A stretch of 59,205 nt of DNA from an uncultured Dehalococcoidia bacterium (GCA_950072105.1 CATMOE010000015.1:1-59205), one strand, 5' to 3'; positions 39,180 through 49,796 are shown, numbered from the stretch's first letter. Notes: generated by a model not told the origin, from the sequence alone. Numbers and translations: made by a program.

Positions 39180-40349
39180 CTACCAGCCTAGTCCGCCGGG
39201 CGGCAGCCCCAGCATCACCCGGCCTCCTGCCTCAATGTTGGAGGGCAAGCCCGCAACATGCTGTACAGCGACGTGGATATCTCTAAAGAACCGCTCCAAC
39301 GGATGCTTGCGATGGACGGCGTTGGTCCCGGCGGCGTGGAATAAGATGTCCACGGCTCTGACCGATTCCCGCATCCCGTGGGTGATCGCCAGCCGGGCTT
39401 GAGCGATCTCCCAGCTTGGGTCCGGACTTCCATTGCAGACAGCTCGCCAAGCCCTGCCCACGGCGTCGAGAACGTAGGCGCGGGCCCCACTGATGATAGC
39501 TTCGGCTTCCCCAACGGCGCTCTGAGCCGGCAATCGGTCCCTTAACAGGGTCGAAGACATGGTGGAGCCTGCCTGAGCAGCCAACTCCAAGTATGCGTCC
39601 ATCGCGCCACGAGCCATGCCCAATGAGTTGGCGACGGTCTGCGTCCAAAGGCCGGCAAAGAAGAATCTGGGATGGTAGAGCGTACCGTTTTCTTGCGGGG
39701 GATCTAGGAGCGAGAAAGTATGTTCATCAGGAATGAACACGTCATCCAGGACGAAATCGTTGCTGCCCGTGCCCTTCATGCCCATCACGTGCCACGTGTC
39801 GATGATCGTGGCGGCCTGCGCAGGGGCGAACAACACTCGGGTCACCGGTGTACCCTCGGCCGTCAGGATGGGACCGTTATCGTCCTCAACGTTGCAGGTA
39901 CACAACAGCCAGGTTGCGTGGTCGACGCCGCTGGCGTAGTCCCAACGCCCGCTCACCCGGTAGCCGCCGTCCACATCGAGGGCGCGGCCTTCCGGCCTTA
40001 TTGAGCCAGCCAATCTGAATTCGGGTGGCTGACCGAACATTGACCGCGCCACGTCAGCCTTTAGCCATCCCGTTAAAATGGCGGTGCCGCTGGACAGCAT
40101 GGCGCACCAACCAACCGAGCCGTCGGCTCTGGATAGCTCTTCAATCGCGTGGAATGAGGTAAGAGGGTCGGACTCAAGACCGCCCATGGAGCGTGGCAGA
40201 CCTAGCCGAAGCAGACCTGCCTTGTCCAATTCCTCAACCAGCGGTATGGGGAGGCGGCGCGCCGAATCGAGTTCATCTCGAGCTTCACGTATCTTCGGGG
40301 CAAGAGCGGCGGCGGCCTTTACCGGGTCATGTGCGGGAATATCGGCCAT
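39180..40349 (-). CDS. Acyl-CoA dehydrogenase-fold flavin-dependent monooxygenase (HsaA-like)
   Basis: ADGSVGW, GRWDYASG, DTWHVMGMKGTGSND, LERFFRDIH. Confidence 0.88.
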   Translation of the reverse strand: MADIPAHDPVKAAAALAPKIREARDELDSARRLPIPLVEELDKAGLLRLGLPRSMGGLESDPLTSFHAIEELSRADGSVGWCAMLSSGTAILTGWLKADVARSMFGQPPEFRLAGSIRPEGRALDVDGGYRVSGRWDYASGVDHATWLLCTCNVEDDNGPILTAEGTPVTRVLFAPAQAATIIDTWHVMGMKGTGSNDFVLDDVFIPDEHTFSLLDPPQENGTLYHPRFFFAGLWTQTVANSLGMARGAMDAYLELAAQAGSTMSSTLLRDRLPAQSAVGEAEAIISGARAYVLDAVGRAWRAVCNGSPDPSWEIAQARLAITHGMRESVRAVDILFHAAGTNAVHRKHPLERFFRDIHVAVQHVAGLPSNIEAGGRVMLGLPPGGLGW

Positions 40350-40439
40350 GACGTCTTACACCCGCTGCCCAAAAGGGCTGTCAAGATGCAATTCTGGACA
40401 GCCCGTAACGCACGCCGGCTTATGATTGCGCAAAGGCAA

Positions 40440-41429
40440 CTAAGCCGAAGCGCAGGCCACGCTGATGACGCTGGAGACGCCTTCGGGAAGTGCATCTTCC
40501 GTCCAGCTTGCGCCGGCATCATGGGTGCCGAACACTTGTCCCTTGCGGGTGCAGAAATACACCTGCTCCGGCTGCTGGGCGTTGATGGCCACGCCGAAGG
40601 TGGTGCTCATGGGGCTTACGCCCTTGTCGAAGCGCTCCCAGGTTTCTCCCAGGTCGGTGGTCCGCAATACTCCGCCCTTTTCGCTGCCGAAGTTCATGCC
40701 TACGCAGGCGTATAGGGTGTTAGGGTCGCCGGGCGAAGCTTGGATTCCCCGGGAGTATTTAATGTCGGAGAAACGCTCGAATCCGAGGTTTTCCCAGTTG
40801 TCGCCCCGGTCGTTGCTGCGCCAGACGCCGACCCGGTTGGATATGAACACCGAGCTGGAGTCCGCCGAGCCGACGGCCACACCATGCAGGTCCATCAAGT
40901 CAACGTCGCCGGCAAAATCGTTGTTGGTTATCTGCCAGGACTTGCCACCATCGGAGCTTCGGGCCGCGCCGCCGACTTCCAAAGCCGCGAACATGTTGTC
41001 GGGGTCTTTGGCTTCAATAGCCAGTCCAAGGATCCGGGTGGCGAAGGCCATCTGGACCGAGTCCGGGTTGGAGATGGTGGCCTGGTAGGTCCAGTTTTCC
41101 CCGCCGTCCTCGCTCTTGAAAACCTCGCTGCCCTCGGTGCCCAGGAACATTATCTGGGCGTTGGTGGGGTGGAATTTCAGAGACCAGACCACCCGGCCCT
41201 CGGTCATGTTCATCCGCTCCCAGTTGTCGCCCCGATCGTTGCTGCGGTATACGCCCCGCTGGGTTCCGGCGAATACTATATCTGGGTTCTGGGGATGGAT
41301 CGCAATGGTCCGGGCCTGGGCAGATGGGGCCATTCCCCGAGTCAGGTTCTCCCAACGAGACTCTCCGGCTTCCTTCCGGTAGATCCCGCTGGCTTCCGCG
41401 CCGACGTATATCAACGTTTTGTCCGCCAT
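40440..41429 (-). CDS. BNR/Asp-box beta-propeller protein
   Basis: Repeated S-x-D-x-G-x-x-W Asp boxes. Confidence 0.85.
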   Translation of the reverse strand: MADKTLIYVGAEASGIYRKEAGESRWENLTRGMAPSAQARTIAIHPQNPDIVFAGTQRGVYRSNDRGDNWERMNMTEGRVVWSLKFHPTNAQIMFLGTEGSEVFKSEDGGENWTYQATISNPDSVQMAFATRILGLAIEAKDPDNMFAALEVGGAARSSDGGKSWQITNNDFAGDVDLMDLHGVAVGSADSSSVFISNRVGVWRSNDRGDNWENLGFERFSDIKYSRGIQASPGDPNTLYACVGMNFGSEKGGVLRTTDLGETWERFDKGVSPMSTTFGVAINAQQPEQVYFCTRKGQVFGTHDAGASWTEDALPEGVSSVISVACASA

Positions 41430-41507
41430 CGTTGTTTCCTCCGTGTCTTCAGTTTGCCGCTATTGGAGTCTCCTGTCCCGATACCGTTTGTGGTGACTTT
41501 ACTCCCA

Positions 41508-41565
41508 CTCGTGGTGAGCTTGTCGAACCACCGCCCCTCGCCATTCGGAAATCTCAGGACGATCG
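41508..41565. repeat. REP-like inverted pair
   Basis: ctcgtggtgagcttgtcgaacca ... cattcggaaatctcaggacgatcg, same family as 32078. Confidence 0.7.
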
Positions 41566-41716
41566 AGCGCTCGCAACAGGCCTCCCCAAATCAGGTATTG
41601 TGCCTGGTAATTTCAGCAGACGGTATGGCCGTTGTCAATCGATGGAACTCGTCGTAGATGGTGTACGATTCGTCGTAGAGCCATAGTCCTGGCGAGAACC
41701 GGAATGCGCGTAGGGA

Positions 41717-42445
41717 TTAACCCTCCCGGGCCAAGACCAGGCACCAAACCGAACTCGCCCCAGCGGCCTTGAGTGCGGCGGCGCAGGCGGACAGAGTGCT
41801 GCCGGTGGTGGCCACGTCGTCCACCAAGATCACCGCCTGTCCGTCTAGCGGACCGCCACACCGGAAACTGCCCTGCACGTTCTCCCGGCGCTTCTCTTGG
41901 GAAGCGCTTACCTGGGGAGGGTTGTTCTTGGCGCGCGTCAAAAGCGACTGGTCCATGTCCAACCCTAGTTTCTTGGACAATATTTTGGCCAGCAAATCCG
42001 ATTGGTTGTAGCCCCGGCTCCGCAACCGGCGAGGGTGCAGGGGCACCGGCGTCAGCACGTCGCCGGGCATGGGGTGTTCTTCGAGATAATTGGCCAACGA
42101 CTCGGCCAACTCCGGGGCCGCAGCCTTCAGTCCACGATATTTCAGGTTGTGGATCGCTTCTTTGATTGTTCCTTCCATCTCGTAGGGCGCTCGTATACCG
42201 TCGAGGGCCGGTGGAGATTCCAGGCACGAATGGCAGGTGGCCGGGTCGTTGGGCTGGGCGCAGACGCGGCAGAAAGGGGGCGTCAGTTTCGGCAGGCTGT
42301 CAACGCAGCTTGCGCACAAGACTTTCCCTTCCCGCTGGCATCCTAGGCAGTTCAGGGGAAACAGCAGGTCCAGGGCTGTGCCGGGTACCTGCCGAACGAT
42401 TCGTCTGGCGGCCACGGCTCCTCGATCAAAAATGTCTGCGATCAT
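41717..42445 (-). CDS. comF: ComF family (double zinc ribbon plus PRTase)
   Basis: CxxC pairs, PVPLH...RGYNQS, LVDDVATTGSTL. Confidence 0.93.
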   Translation of the reverse strand: MIADIFDRGAVAARRIVRQVPGTALDLLFPLNCLGCQREGKVLCASCVDSLPKLTPPFCRVCAQPNDPATCHSCLESPPALDGIRAPYEMEGTIKEAIHNLKYRGLKAAAPELAESLANYLEEHPMPGDVLTPVPLHPRRLRSRGYNQSDLLAKILSKKLGLDMDQSLLTRAKNNPPQVSASQEKRRENVQGSFRCGGPLDGQAVILVDDVATTGSTLSACAAALKAAGASSVWCLVLAREG

Positions 42446-42494
42446 GTAGCCGTTCAGGGTCCTTCGATACCTGGATGGATACGGAACAACTGAA

Positions 42495-42992
42495 TCACCC
42501 TCCGTCCCTAAAGTCCCGCCAGCGGGCCCAGATCTGCTCGTCCCGGGGGAAGGCTAAAGGAGGGAGGTCGTCCAAGGAGAAAAAGCCCAGGTCCAGGGTT
42601 TCCGGGCCGGTGGTTAGCTGACCCCCGGTTTCTGTGGCGGCGAAGGCTGCCACCATAACCGGGTTCCCGGACTCGGAGAACAGCCCCACAAGCCGGTCAA
42701 TCTCCACGGTCAACCCGGTCTCTTCCCACACCTCACGGGCGGCGGCGGCTTCCACCACCTCTCCACGGTCCACGTAGCCTCCGGGCAGACTCCAGAGGCC
42801 GTAACCAGGTTCGTTGCCACGCTTGACCAGCAGAAGCTTGTCACCGCGCTCTACGATGCAGATGGCAGAGACTTTGGGGTCGTAGAATATCGTCCGCCCG
42901 CATTCAGTGCATACCGGACGCAGGTGGCCATCGACGTCCTTCTCTTCAAGAGGGGAGGCGCAGGACGGACAGAATCGGTCGTCGGCAGGCAT
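42495..42992 (-). CDS. NUDIX hydrolase with N-terminal zinc ribbon
   Basis: FCPSC...CTECG, GGYVDRGE...AAAREVWEETGL. Confidence 0.93.
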   Translation of the reverse strand: MPADDRFCPSCASPLEEKDVDGHLRPVCTECGRTIFYDPKVSAICIVERGDKLLLVKRGNEPGYGLWSLPGGYVDRGEVVEAAAAREVWEETGLTVEIDRLVGLFSESGNPVMVAAFAATETGGQLTTGPETLDLGFFSLDDLPPLAFPRDEQIWARWRDFRDGG

Positions 42993-43164
42993 AGCTTTCC
43001 CATAATATCATCATGGGCTATCATGGCGTACGACGAGCTGTCAGCCATCAGCGATCAGGGGTTTGCGATGGCCGCATACGAGCGCCGCTTTAAACCCCGG
43101 GTGGTTCTAGTAAAGCTGAATGCTGACCGCTGATAGCTGAACGCAAACTTGGAGGTCCGGCTTT

Positions 43165-44559
43165 ATGCCTGACGACAAATATTCGCTCACCCGTGAGCTG
43201 ACAGATTACATTCATGGAGTTAGATTTGACGCTATTCCCGCCAACGTTATCGCACGGGCTAAGGAGGCGGTGATCGACGGGATCGGCGTAACGCTGTCGG
43301 GTTATTCCGCCGACTGCACCTCGTTGATCCGGAAGTATATCGGCGGCCTTGGTCTTGACGGCAAGTGCACCGTTATGGGACAAGGAAACGGCTTGCCCGC
43401 CGAATACGCCGCCCTGGCCAACGGCGTTGGGTCCCACGCTCTGGACTTCGACGACACGCAGATCTCTTTGCTGCCCGACCGGGTGTACGGTCTGCTGACC
43501 CATCCGACCACACCGGTGCTTTCCGCCGCTATTCCCGTTGCGGAAGAGGTCGGCGCCAGCGGACGGGACTTGCTCGCGGCCTTCTGCTGTGGGGTTGAAG
43601 TGGCCTGCAAGGTGGCCGAGGCGATCAGGCCCTACCATTATCAGAACGGTTTCCACTCGACTGGCACGATCGGCATCTTCGGGGCGGCGGCAGCGGCGGT
43701 CAAGCTGTACGGCATGGACAAGGAAGGCATCCGCCACGCTTTGGGCATCGCCGCCAGTAAGAGCGCCGGTATCAGGGTCGCCTTCGGGACCATGACCAAG
43801 CCCTACCACGCTGGGGCCGCGGCTCAGGGCGGGATCGTCGCCGCCCAACTGGCGCGCATGGGTTACAAGACGGACCCTGAAGCCTTGGATGGCCCTTGGG
43901 GGTTCTTCCAGGTGGCCGGCGGCGGCGTGGACCCCGAAGCGATACACGGCAAGCTGGGCAATCCCTACTCCTTCGTGGACCCCGGCGTCTCCATCAAGCC
44001 TTATCCCTGCGGTTCCCTATCCCATCCATCGATGGACGCCCTCTTGGATCTGATCCTGGAGCACGACGTTCAGTCTCAGGATGTGGAGGCGGTCCGGTTG
44101 GGCACAACCTCCAACGTATTGGCCGCCCTACGCTACCCGGAGCCGCAGAACGAGTTGGAAGCCAAATTCAGCATTCCCTTCTGCCTGGGCATCCTCGTGT
44201 TGGAGCGGCACGGCGGCATCGAGCAGTTCACCGACGAGACGGTGCTTCGCCCCGACGTGCGGGAGATGATGTCCAGGGTCACGCCCTATCTGCACGAAGG
44301 CCTGGAAGCGCTTGGCTTCCAGCGCATCCGCAGCCTGGTGGAGGTGACTCTGAGAGACGGCACCGTGCTGCCCCAAGAGGCGTCCTCTTCCCGGGGAACG
44401 CCCGAGCGGCCCATGACCCGGGAAGAACTGGCGGCCAAGTTCCAGGACTGCTCCCAGTGGCTGCTGCCGGACGCTGCCCAAGAAAAGGTATTGGAATCGA
44501 TATACGCGCTGGACGGACTGGACTCGGTCAGCCAGCTAACGTCGTTGCTCAAGGGTTGA
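43165..44559 (+). CDS. MmgE/PrpD family protein
   Basis: HALDFDD, GTMTKPYHAG, KPYPCG, AKFSIPF. Confidence 0.93.
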   Translation: MPDDKYSLTRELTDYIHGVRFDAIPANVIARAKEAVIDGIGVTLSGYSADCTSLIRKYIGGLGLDGKCTVMGQGNGLPAEYAALANGVGSHALDFDDTQISLLPDRVYGLLTHPTTPVLSAAIPVAEEVGASGRDLLAAFCCGVEVACKVAEAIRPYHYQNGFHSTGTIGIFGAAAAAVKLYGMDKEGIRHALGIAASKSAGIRVAFGTMTKPYHAGAAAQGGIVAAQLARMGYKTDPEALDGPWGFFQVAGGGVDPEAIHGKLGNPYSFVDPGVSIKPYPCGSLSHPSMDALLDLILEHDVQSQDVEAVRLGTTSNVLAALRYPEPQNELEAKFSIPFCLGILVLERHGGIEQFTDETVLRPDVREMMSRVTPYLHEGLEALGFQRIRSLVEVTLRDGTVLPQEASSSRGTPERPMTREELAAKFQDCSQWLLPDAAQEKVLESIYALDGLDSVSQLTSLLKG

Positions 44560-44587
44560 TCTCCGCCGGGTATCGGGGAAATTCGTC

Positions 44588-45178
44588 TTGTTGTCAAAGA
44601 GGTCCAACCCTTTAAGTCCCCGAACGTTCCTGTCGGGGACGTTGGGCGCGCTGGTGGCCGCCCTTCTGGTGATCGTGGCCATGGTCCTGCTGGGCGAGTA
44701 CACCAAAACCCGTGGACGTCTGCTACTCACCTTCCTCGACCTGGCCTCCTTCTGCCTCTCGGCCATCCCTCCGTCCGCGTTGCTCCGGAGAGGACGGCTC
44801 TTGCCCGTAGCCTGGACTGGGCTCGTAGCAAGTGGCGCTGGATTTGTCTTGGTGGCAACCGGCATCTGGGTCACTCCGGACTCGGACGCTTATTGGAAGA
44901 CAACGGCAATCGTGTCTATCTTGGCAGCCTCGACACTCCAGGCAAGTTGGTTGTTGCTACTAACTCCGGTTAGATCCTTGGTCCTCCGACTACTGTGGGC
45001 GGTGATGGGAGTTTCACTACTGGCCGCGCTTTTGTCGGTAGCGGGAATAATCGGGGAGATCAAACCGGCGGCATATTGGTGGGTGGTGTTCTTGTTGGGA
45101 ATTGCCGGTGTCGTTGGGAGCTTGGCGTTGCTGGCGTTGGCACTTCGGTCCAAGACCGGCGCGATCGCCGAAGATTGA
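44588..45178 (+). CDS. Hypothetical membrane protein (about 6 TM)
   Basis: Alternating hydrophobic segments. Confidence 0.7.
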   Translation: MLSKRSNPLSPRTFLSGTLGALVAALLVIVAMVLLGEYTKTRGRLLLTFLDLASFCLSAIPPSALLRRGRLLPVAWTGLVASGAGFVLVATGIWVTPDSDAYWKTTAIVSILAASTLQASWLLLLTPVRSLVLRLLWAVMGVSLLAALLSVAGIIGEIKPAAYWWVVFLLGIAGVVGSLALLALALRSKTGAIAED

Positions 45179-45289
45179 ATGGAGGGAACCATTTGCCGCT
45201 CCCCTTGCTTACGTAACTGACTTCATTGTTGCCAGGGATCTAACCTCGTAGTATCCTGGCGCGGGCAATTCAGACAAAGGAGAACTCAG

Positions 45290-45651
45290 ATGGGAACAAT
45301 CATGAACTTCAGCACCAACGGTTCGGAGAATCCAACAAAAGCGGTTCTGCCGTTCCTAAACGCCAATGGCGCCGTTGAAGCCGGACACGAACCGGCTATC
45401 ACACTCTTCGGAGACGCTGTTGTCTTGATGAAAGATTCGGTGGCAAATGCCGTCGTCCGGTCGGTTAGCCGCCCCTTAAAGACATACTTGCAACCACTAT
45501 CGCGAACAATACACCGATCTGTGTTTGAGGCGGTTGTGCAGTCGCTCGTGGAGTGACGGAAGAAGATCTAAAAGGGAAAAACGCAGAATTTACCAACCCC
45601 AAGTCCAATATCGAGCGAATCATGGCGTTTGACAAGGTAATCTCGACCTGA
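45290..45651 (+). pseudogene. DsrE-family selenoprotein (UxxC), disrupted
   Basis: GSENPTKAVLPF...GDAVVLMKD; frameshift near 45458; then VG-TAG-PPLKDIL...TPICV-TGA-GGCAVARGVTEEDL...FDKVIST*. Confidence 0.75.
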
Positions 45652-45753
45652 CAAGAATCCGCGTCAAGGCCGGTTGATTAGAGGGATGGTTCTAGGCTCT
45701 CAGGAATAGTCTGGAAATGACCCATTAGGCGTGAATTAATCAGGTCTTAGCTA

Positions 45754-46695
45754 CTACGCGCCCACCATCAACTCTTCCACCTCTGCCCGGAAGGGCATGG
45801 AGTCTTGGGCTCCTGACTTGGTGACGGCCAGCGCCCCTGCCGCCGCGGCCATGCGGACCGACTGATGCAGGGTTGCGCCCTCGGCCAGGGATACGGCCAG
45901 GGCCCCGTTGAAAGCGTCTCCGGCGGCTACCGAGTCAACGGCCTCCACCGGGAAGGGGGGCACGAAATCCCCTCCATCAGCGGTGGCGTAGTACACGCCT
46001 TGAGCGCCCAGCTTCACCACTGCGACGCCTACTCCTATGTCCAAAAGCTGCTCGGCAGCTTGGGCTGCCGTGGTCGCGTCCACCACCGGAAAACCAACCA
46101 GGGCTTGGGCTTCGGTTTCGTTGGGTGTGATCACGCTGCAGAAGGGGAAGAATTCCGGGGGTATCGGGCGTACCGGGCCAGGGTCCAAGATCACCGTCTT
46201 GCCCAGGGCGTAAGCCTCTTTGGCTACTTGTAGCGATAGATCCACGGAGACCTCCAGTTGGAGCAGTAGCGTCGAGGCATCGGCCAAGGCCAGTAGCACC
46301 CGGCCGGCTTCCGCCTCGCCGCAGGTGATGTTGGCTCCCAGGACCTGGATGATCTGGTTCTGGGCAGACTCATCGATGCTGATGACCGCTATCCCCGAAG
46401 TGGTATCTGGGGCGATGGCGATTCCATCCACGTTGATGCCGCCGGCCGCAAGGGTGTCGATTAGTTGCAGGCCGAACATGTCGTCGCCCACCCGCCCCAC
46501 CATCGCCGTGGGAGCGCCCATGCGCGCGGCGGCTACGGCTTGGTTGGCGCCCTTGCCGCCGGGGTAGGTCAGGAAGCGGCTGCCGACCACCGTCTCCCCC
46601 GGCTGGGGAAACCGGGGGGAAATGGTTACCAGGTCCATGTTTATCCCGCCCAGCACCACCACTCCAACAGCGTTGTTTCCCTGTCGTAGCGCCAC
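45754..46695 (-). CDS. rbsK: Ribokinase
   Basis: GGINMDL, PGGKGANQAVAAAR, PNETEA, DSVAAGDAFNG. Confidence 0.93.
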   Translation of the reverse strand: MALRQGNNAVGVVVLGGINMDLVTISPRFPQPGETVVGSRFLTYPGGKGANQAVAAARMGAPTAMVGRVGDDMFGLQLIDTLAAGGINVDGIAIAPDTTSGIAVISIDESAQNQIIQVLGANITCGEAEAGRVLLALADASTLLLQLEVSVDLSLQVAKEAYALGKTVILDPGPVRPIPPEFFPFCSVITPNETEAQALVGFPVVDATTAAQAAEQLLDIGVGVAVVKLGAQGVYYATADGGDFVPPFPVEAVDSVAAGDAFNGALAVSLAEGATLHQSVRMAAAAGALAVTKSGAQDSMPFRAEVEELMVGA

Positions 46696-46923
46696 GTTCC
46701 ATCACCCCCAGTGCAGCTTCCAGACCCGCCGGAGGTCACACGCTAGCATCGCGCGATGTTTGGGTCAATGGCCCAGCGTTTCTGAAGTCAGTCCATGCCC
46801 ATGCTATAATGCCCGCGGGCTCCCCGCGCCGGTAAATTCCCAGCCTGAGCCCATCCGATCCCTCGAAGAAAATTTCCATCGTTAATCAAATTTCCATAAT
46901 CGATGGTTACTGGAGTTTCGCTA

Positions 46924-48114
46924 ATGACTTCGGCTCTTGACGAAATCAAAGTCGTAGACCTAACCCGGACTCTCGCCGGCCCCTTTTGCACCATGATGTT
47001 GGGGGACATGGGCGCCGAGGTGACCAAGATCGAAGAGCCCAAACTAGGGGATGAGACCCGGTCTTGGACCCCCTTCTGGAACGATGAAGGCACCCAGTTC
47101 CTGACCTTCAACCGCAACAAGCGGAGCCTAAGCCTCAACTTGAAAGAGCAAGAAGGGATCGACATCGTGCTGGGACTGGCGGCCAAGGCCGATGTGATGG
47201 TGGAAAGCTTCCGCGCCGGAGCGTTGGACCGCATGGGCCTGGGCTATGACGCGGTGCGGGCTGTAAACCCCAACATAATTTATTGCTCCATATCCGGCTA
47301 TGGCCGAACCGGACCCATGGCCGACAAACCGGGTTACGACCTGATAATCCAAGCCTATAGCGGGCTCATGCATCTGACCGGCGAACCGGATGGCTCCCCG
47401 TTGCGCGTGGGCTTCTCCTTGGTGGACCTATTCACTGGGATGATGGCCTATGGCTCTATCCTGACCGCCCTACACCACAAGCAAAAGACGGGCGAAGGGC
47501 AGAGGATAGAGGCAGCGCTATTGGACGGCCAGGTGGCCGCCATGAGCTATCATGCCACCGGTTACATGGCCACCGGCGTGGAGCCGCACCGGCTGGGATC
47601 GGGGCACCCCAGCCTGGTTCCCTACCAGAGCTTCCCCGCCTCCGACCAACACTTCATCTTGGGCTGTGGTAATCAAGGGCTATGGGAGCGGCTCTGCCCA
47701 GCGATCGGGCGGGCCGATCTTCTGGAAGACCCTCGATTTTCCACCAACACCAAACGGGTGGAGAACCGGGCAGCATGTGTTGAAACCTTGAGCGAAATTT
47801 TCGAGACGAAGACCGTGGCCGAGTGGGTGGAGGTTATCTCGGATGCAGGGGTGCCGTGCGGTCCGATCAACACGGTCTCCCAAGTGATCAACGATGCCCA
47901 AGTACAAGCGAGAAACATGATCGTGAACATGCCCCACCCCAACGTCCCCGACCTGCGCGTGCCCAACTCGCCGCTGAAGCTGGAAGCAACTCCCTCCAGC
48001 ATCCGCCGCCCTCCCCCGCTGTTGGGTGAGCACAACGAGGAACTTCTCACCGAGCAGGGCTACGACGCCGCTAAAATATCCGAACTTCGGGATAAGGGTG
48101 TTATCGGAAGCTAG
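46924..48114 (+). CDS. CaiB/BaiF family III CoA-transferase
   Basis: DLTRTLAGPFCTMMLGDMGAEV, NRNKRS, SISGYG, PPLLGEHN. Confidence 0.95.
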   Translation: MTSALDEIKVVDLTRTLAGPFCTMMLGDMGAEVTKIEEPKLGDETRSWTPFWNDEGTQFLTFNRNKRSLSLNLKEQEGIDIVLGLAAKADVMVESFRAGALDRMGLGYDAVRAVNPNIIYCSISGYGRTGPMADKPGYDLIIQAYSGLMHLTGEPDGSPLRVGFSLVDLFTGMMAYGSILTALHHKQKTGEGQRIEAALLDGQVAAMSYHATGYMATGVEPHRLGSGHPSLVPYQSFPASDQHFILGCGNQGLWERLCPAIGRADLLEDPRFSTNTKRVENRAACVETLSEIFETKTVAEWVEVISDAGVPCGPINTVSQVINDAQVQARNMIVNMPHPNVPDLRVPNSPLKLEATPSSIRRPPPLLGEHNEELLTEQGYDAAKISELRDKGVIGS

Positions 48115-48164
48115 AACGCGGCCAGCGCGCCGCCAAGAATCACGACAGGGAGTCTCGATCGATA

Positions 48165-48890
48165 TTGAGGAATAAAGTAAGGCTGATTCATACGTCCGAT
48201 CTACACCTGGGGGATGACATGGGTCATCCGTTGGCCGACGGCGCCCTTAGGGCAGTGGTGGACTCGGTGTCGCGATTGGGTGGAGATATGCTCCTCTTGG
48301 TGGGCGATGTCTTTGACCACGGACGGGTACCCGACTCGGTGCTGGAGGCGTTTCTGGAGGAGATCGCCCGTATTAGCCAGCCGGCGGTTCTGTTGCCGGG
48401 TAACCATGATCTGTACGATGACAACTCGCTTTACCAGCGGGAAGTCTTCCAGCACAAGCCTGATAACCTGCACATCATCACCCAGACGGATGGGGAAGCG
48501 CTATCGTTTCCCGAGTTGACCTTGGATGTCTGGGGAAGGGCCATGGTCAGCCACACCCCGGCCTTTCGTCCCCTGGAGGGTATGCCAACCCAACGCAACG
48601 GCCATTGGATGGTGGCGCTGGCCCACGGCCATTTCCACTTTGACGACGACCGGGACCAGCGGTCTTCCCCCATCTACCCCCCGGAGATCGCGGCCGCGCC
48701 CTGCGACTACCTGGCTTTAGGACACTGGGACCGCCACGTTGACGTTTCTCAAGGGCGAGTCACCGCGGTTTATTCCGGCACCGCCCGTGGATCTTCTCCT
48801 CGCGACCCGTTGGGTGAGGTGACCGTGGTGGACCTGACCCCCCCGGAAGCAGTGACATTTTATCAAGCAGACTTGCAGGCCGGCCTGTAG
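48165..48890 (+). CDS. Metallophosphoesterase, SbcD/Mre11-like nuclease domain
   Basis: HTSDLHLG, GDVFD, PGNHD, AHG, DYLALGHWD. Confidence 0.85.
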   Translation: MRNKVRLIHTSDLHLGDDMGHPLADGALRAVVDSVSRLGGDMLLLVGDVFDHGRVPDSVLEAFLEEIARISQPAVLLPGNHDLYDDNSLYQREVFQHKPDNLHIITQTDGEALSFPELTLDVWGRAMVSHTPAFRPLEGMPTQRNGHWMVALAHGHFHFDDDRDQRSSPIYPPEIAAAPCDYLALGHWDRHVDVSQGRVTAVYSGTARGSSPRDPLGEVTVVDLTPPEAVTFYQADLQAGL

Positions 48891-48923
48891 ATCACTCGCC
48901 CCAACTCAACCGGAGGCACCGAC

Positions 48924-49796
48924 ATGAAAGAACTGGACCGGGAACACCATATCTACATGCTAGAGCCCGGAGCCACCCCCGCGATCACCATCGATTCGGG
49001 AGAGGAGTTGATGGTCGAGACCTGGGACGCCTTTGAAGGGGTCCGCGACCCGGGAGTGATCGGCGAGAGGTACCTGAAAGGTCCGGCCAGCGGTCCCATC
49101 TACGTGAACGGCGCCGAACCGGGCGACGCCTTGAAGATTGACTTCATCAGCATTACGCCCAAGGAAGGGGCGGCCCATATGGTAATGCCGGGCCGGGGAT
49201 TCCTTGACGAGGAGTTTACCGAAGGATTCCCAACGGTGATGAGCTTCGAGGACGGTTTTGCCTTGCTGCCCAACGGGATCCGCTTGCCCCTGAATCCCTC
49301 CATGGGGCTAGTGGCCACTACGCCCACCTATTCCCAGAGCACGGCCAGCGACAGCGGTCCCTACGGTGGCGACATCGACATGAAAGAGTTGGTAGCAGGA
49401 AGCTCACTCTACCTGCCGGTGTTCGTGCCCGGAGGTCTGCTGGTCTTGGGAGATTGCCATGCCCTGGTGGGCGACGGAGCGGTGGCGGGCACCGGGGCCG
49501 AATGCTCAGCGGATACCCACCTGCGAGTGACGGTGGAAAAGGGGATGAACATCCCGGGGCCACGAGCGCTGACCCCGGACCACTTTGTAGTCCTGTCCCA
49601 TGGGGAAGACCTGGGCCCGGCCATGAAACAGGCCGTACGCGACATGGTGGACTTCCTGGTGACGGAGAAAGGGATGGCCCCCTACGAAGCGTATACCCTG
49701 TGCAGCTTGGCTGGAGATGTCCGGGTATCCCGCACCTTCCGTCCCATCAGCCCGGTCAAGATGATGCTGTCCCGCCAGGCCCTGGAGCAACTTTAG
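48924..49796 (+). CDS. Acetamidase/formamidase family protein
   Basis: GPIYVNGAEPGDAL, GPYGGDID, LGDCHALVGDG. Confidence 0.9.
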   Translation: MKELDREHHIYMLEPGATPAITIDSGEELMVETWDAFEGVRDPGVIGERYLKGPASGPIYVNGAEPGDALKIDFISITPKEGAAHMVMPGRGFLDEEFTEGFPTVMSFEDGFALLPNGIRLPLNPSMGLVATTPTYSQSTASDSGPYGGDIDMKELVAGSSLYLPVFVPGGLLVLGDCHALVGDGAVAGTGAECSADTHLRVTVEKGMNIPGPRALTPDHFVVLSHGEDLGPAMKQAVRDMVDFLVTEKGMAPYEAYTLCSLAGDVRVSRTFRPISPVKMMLSRQALEQL

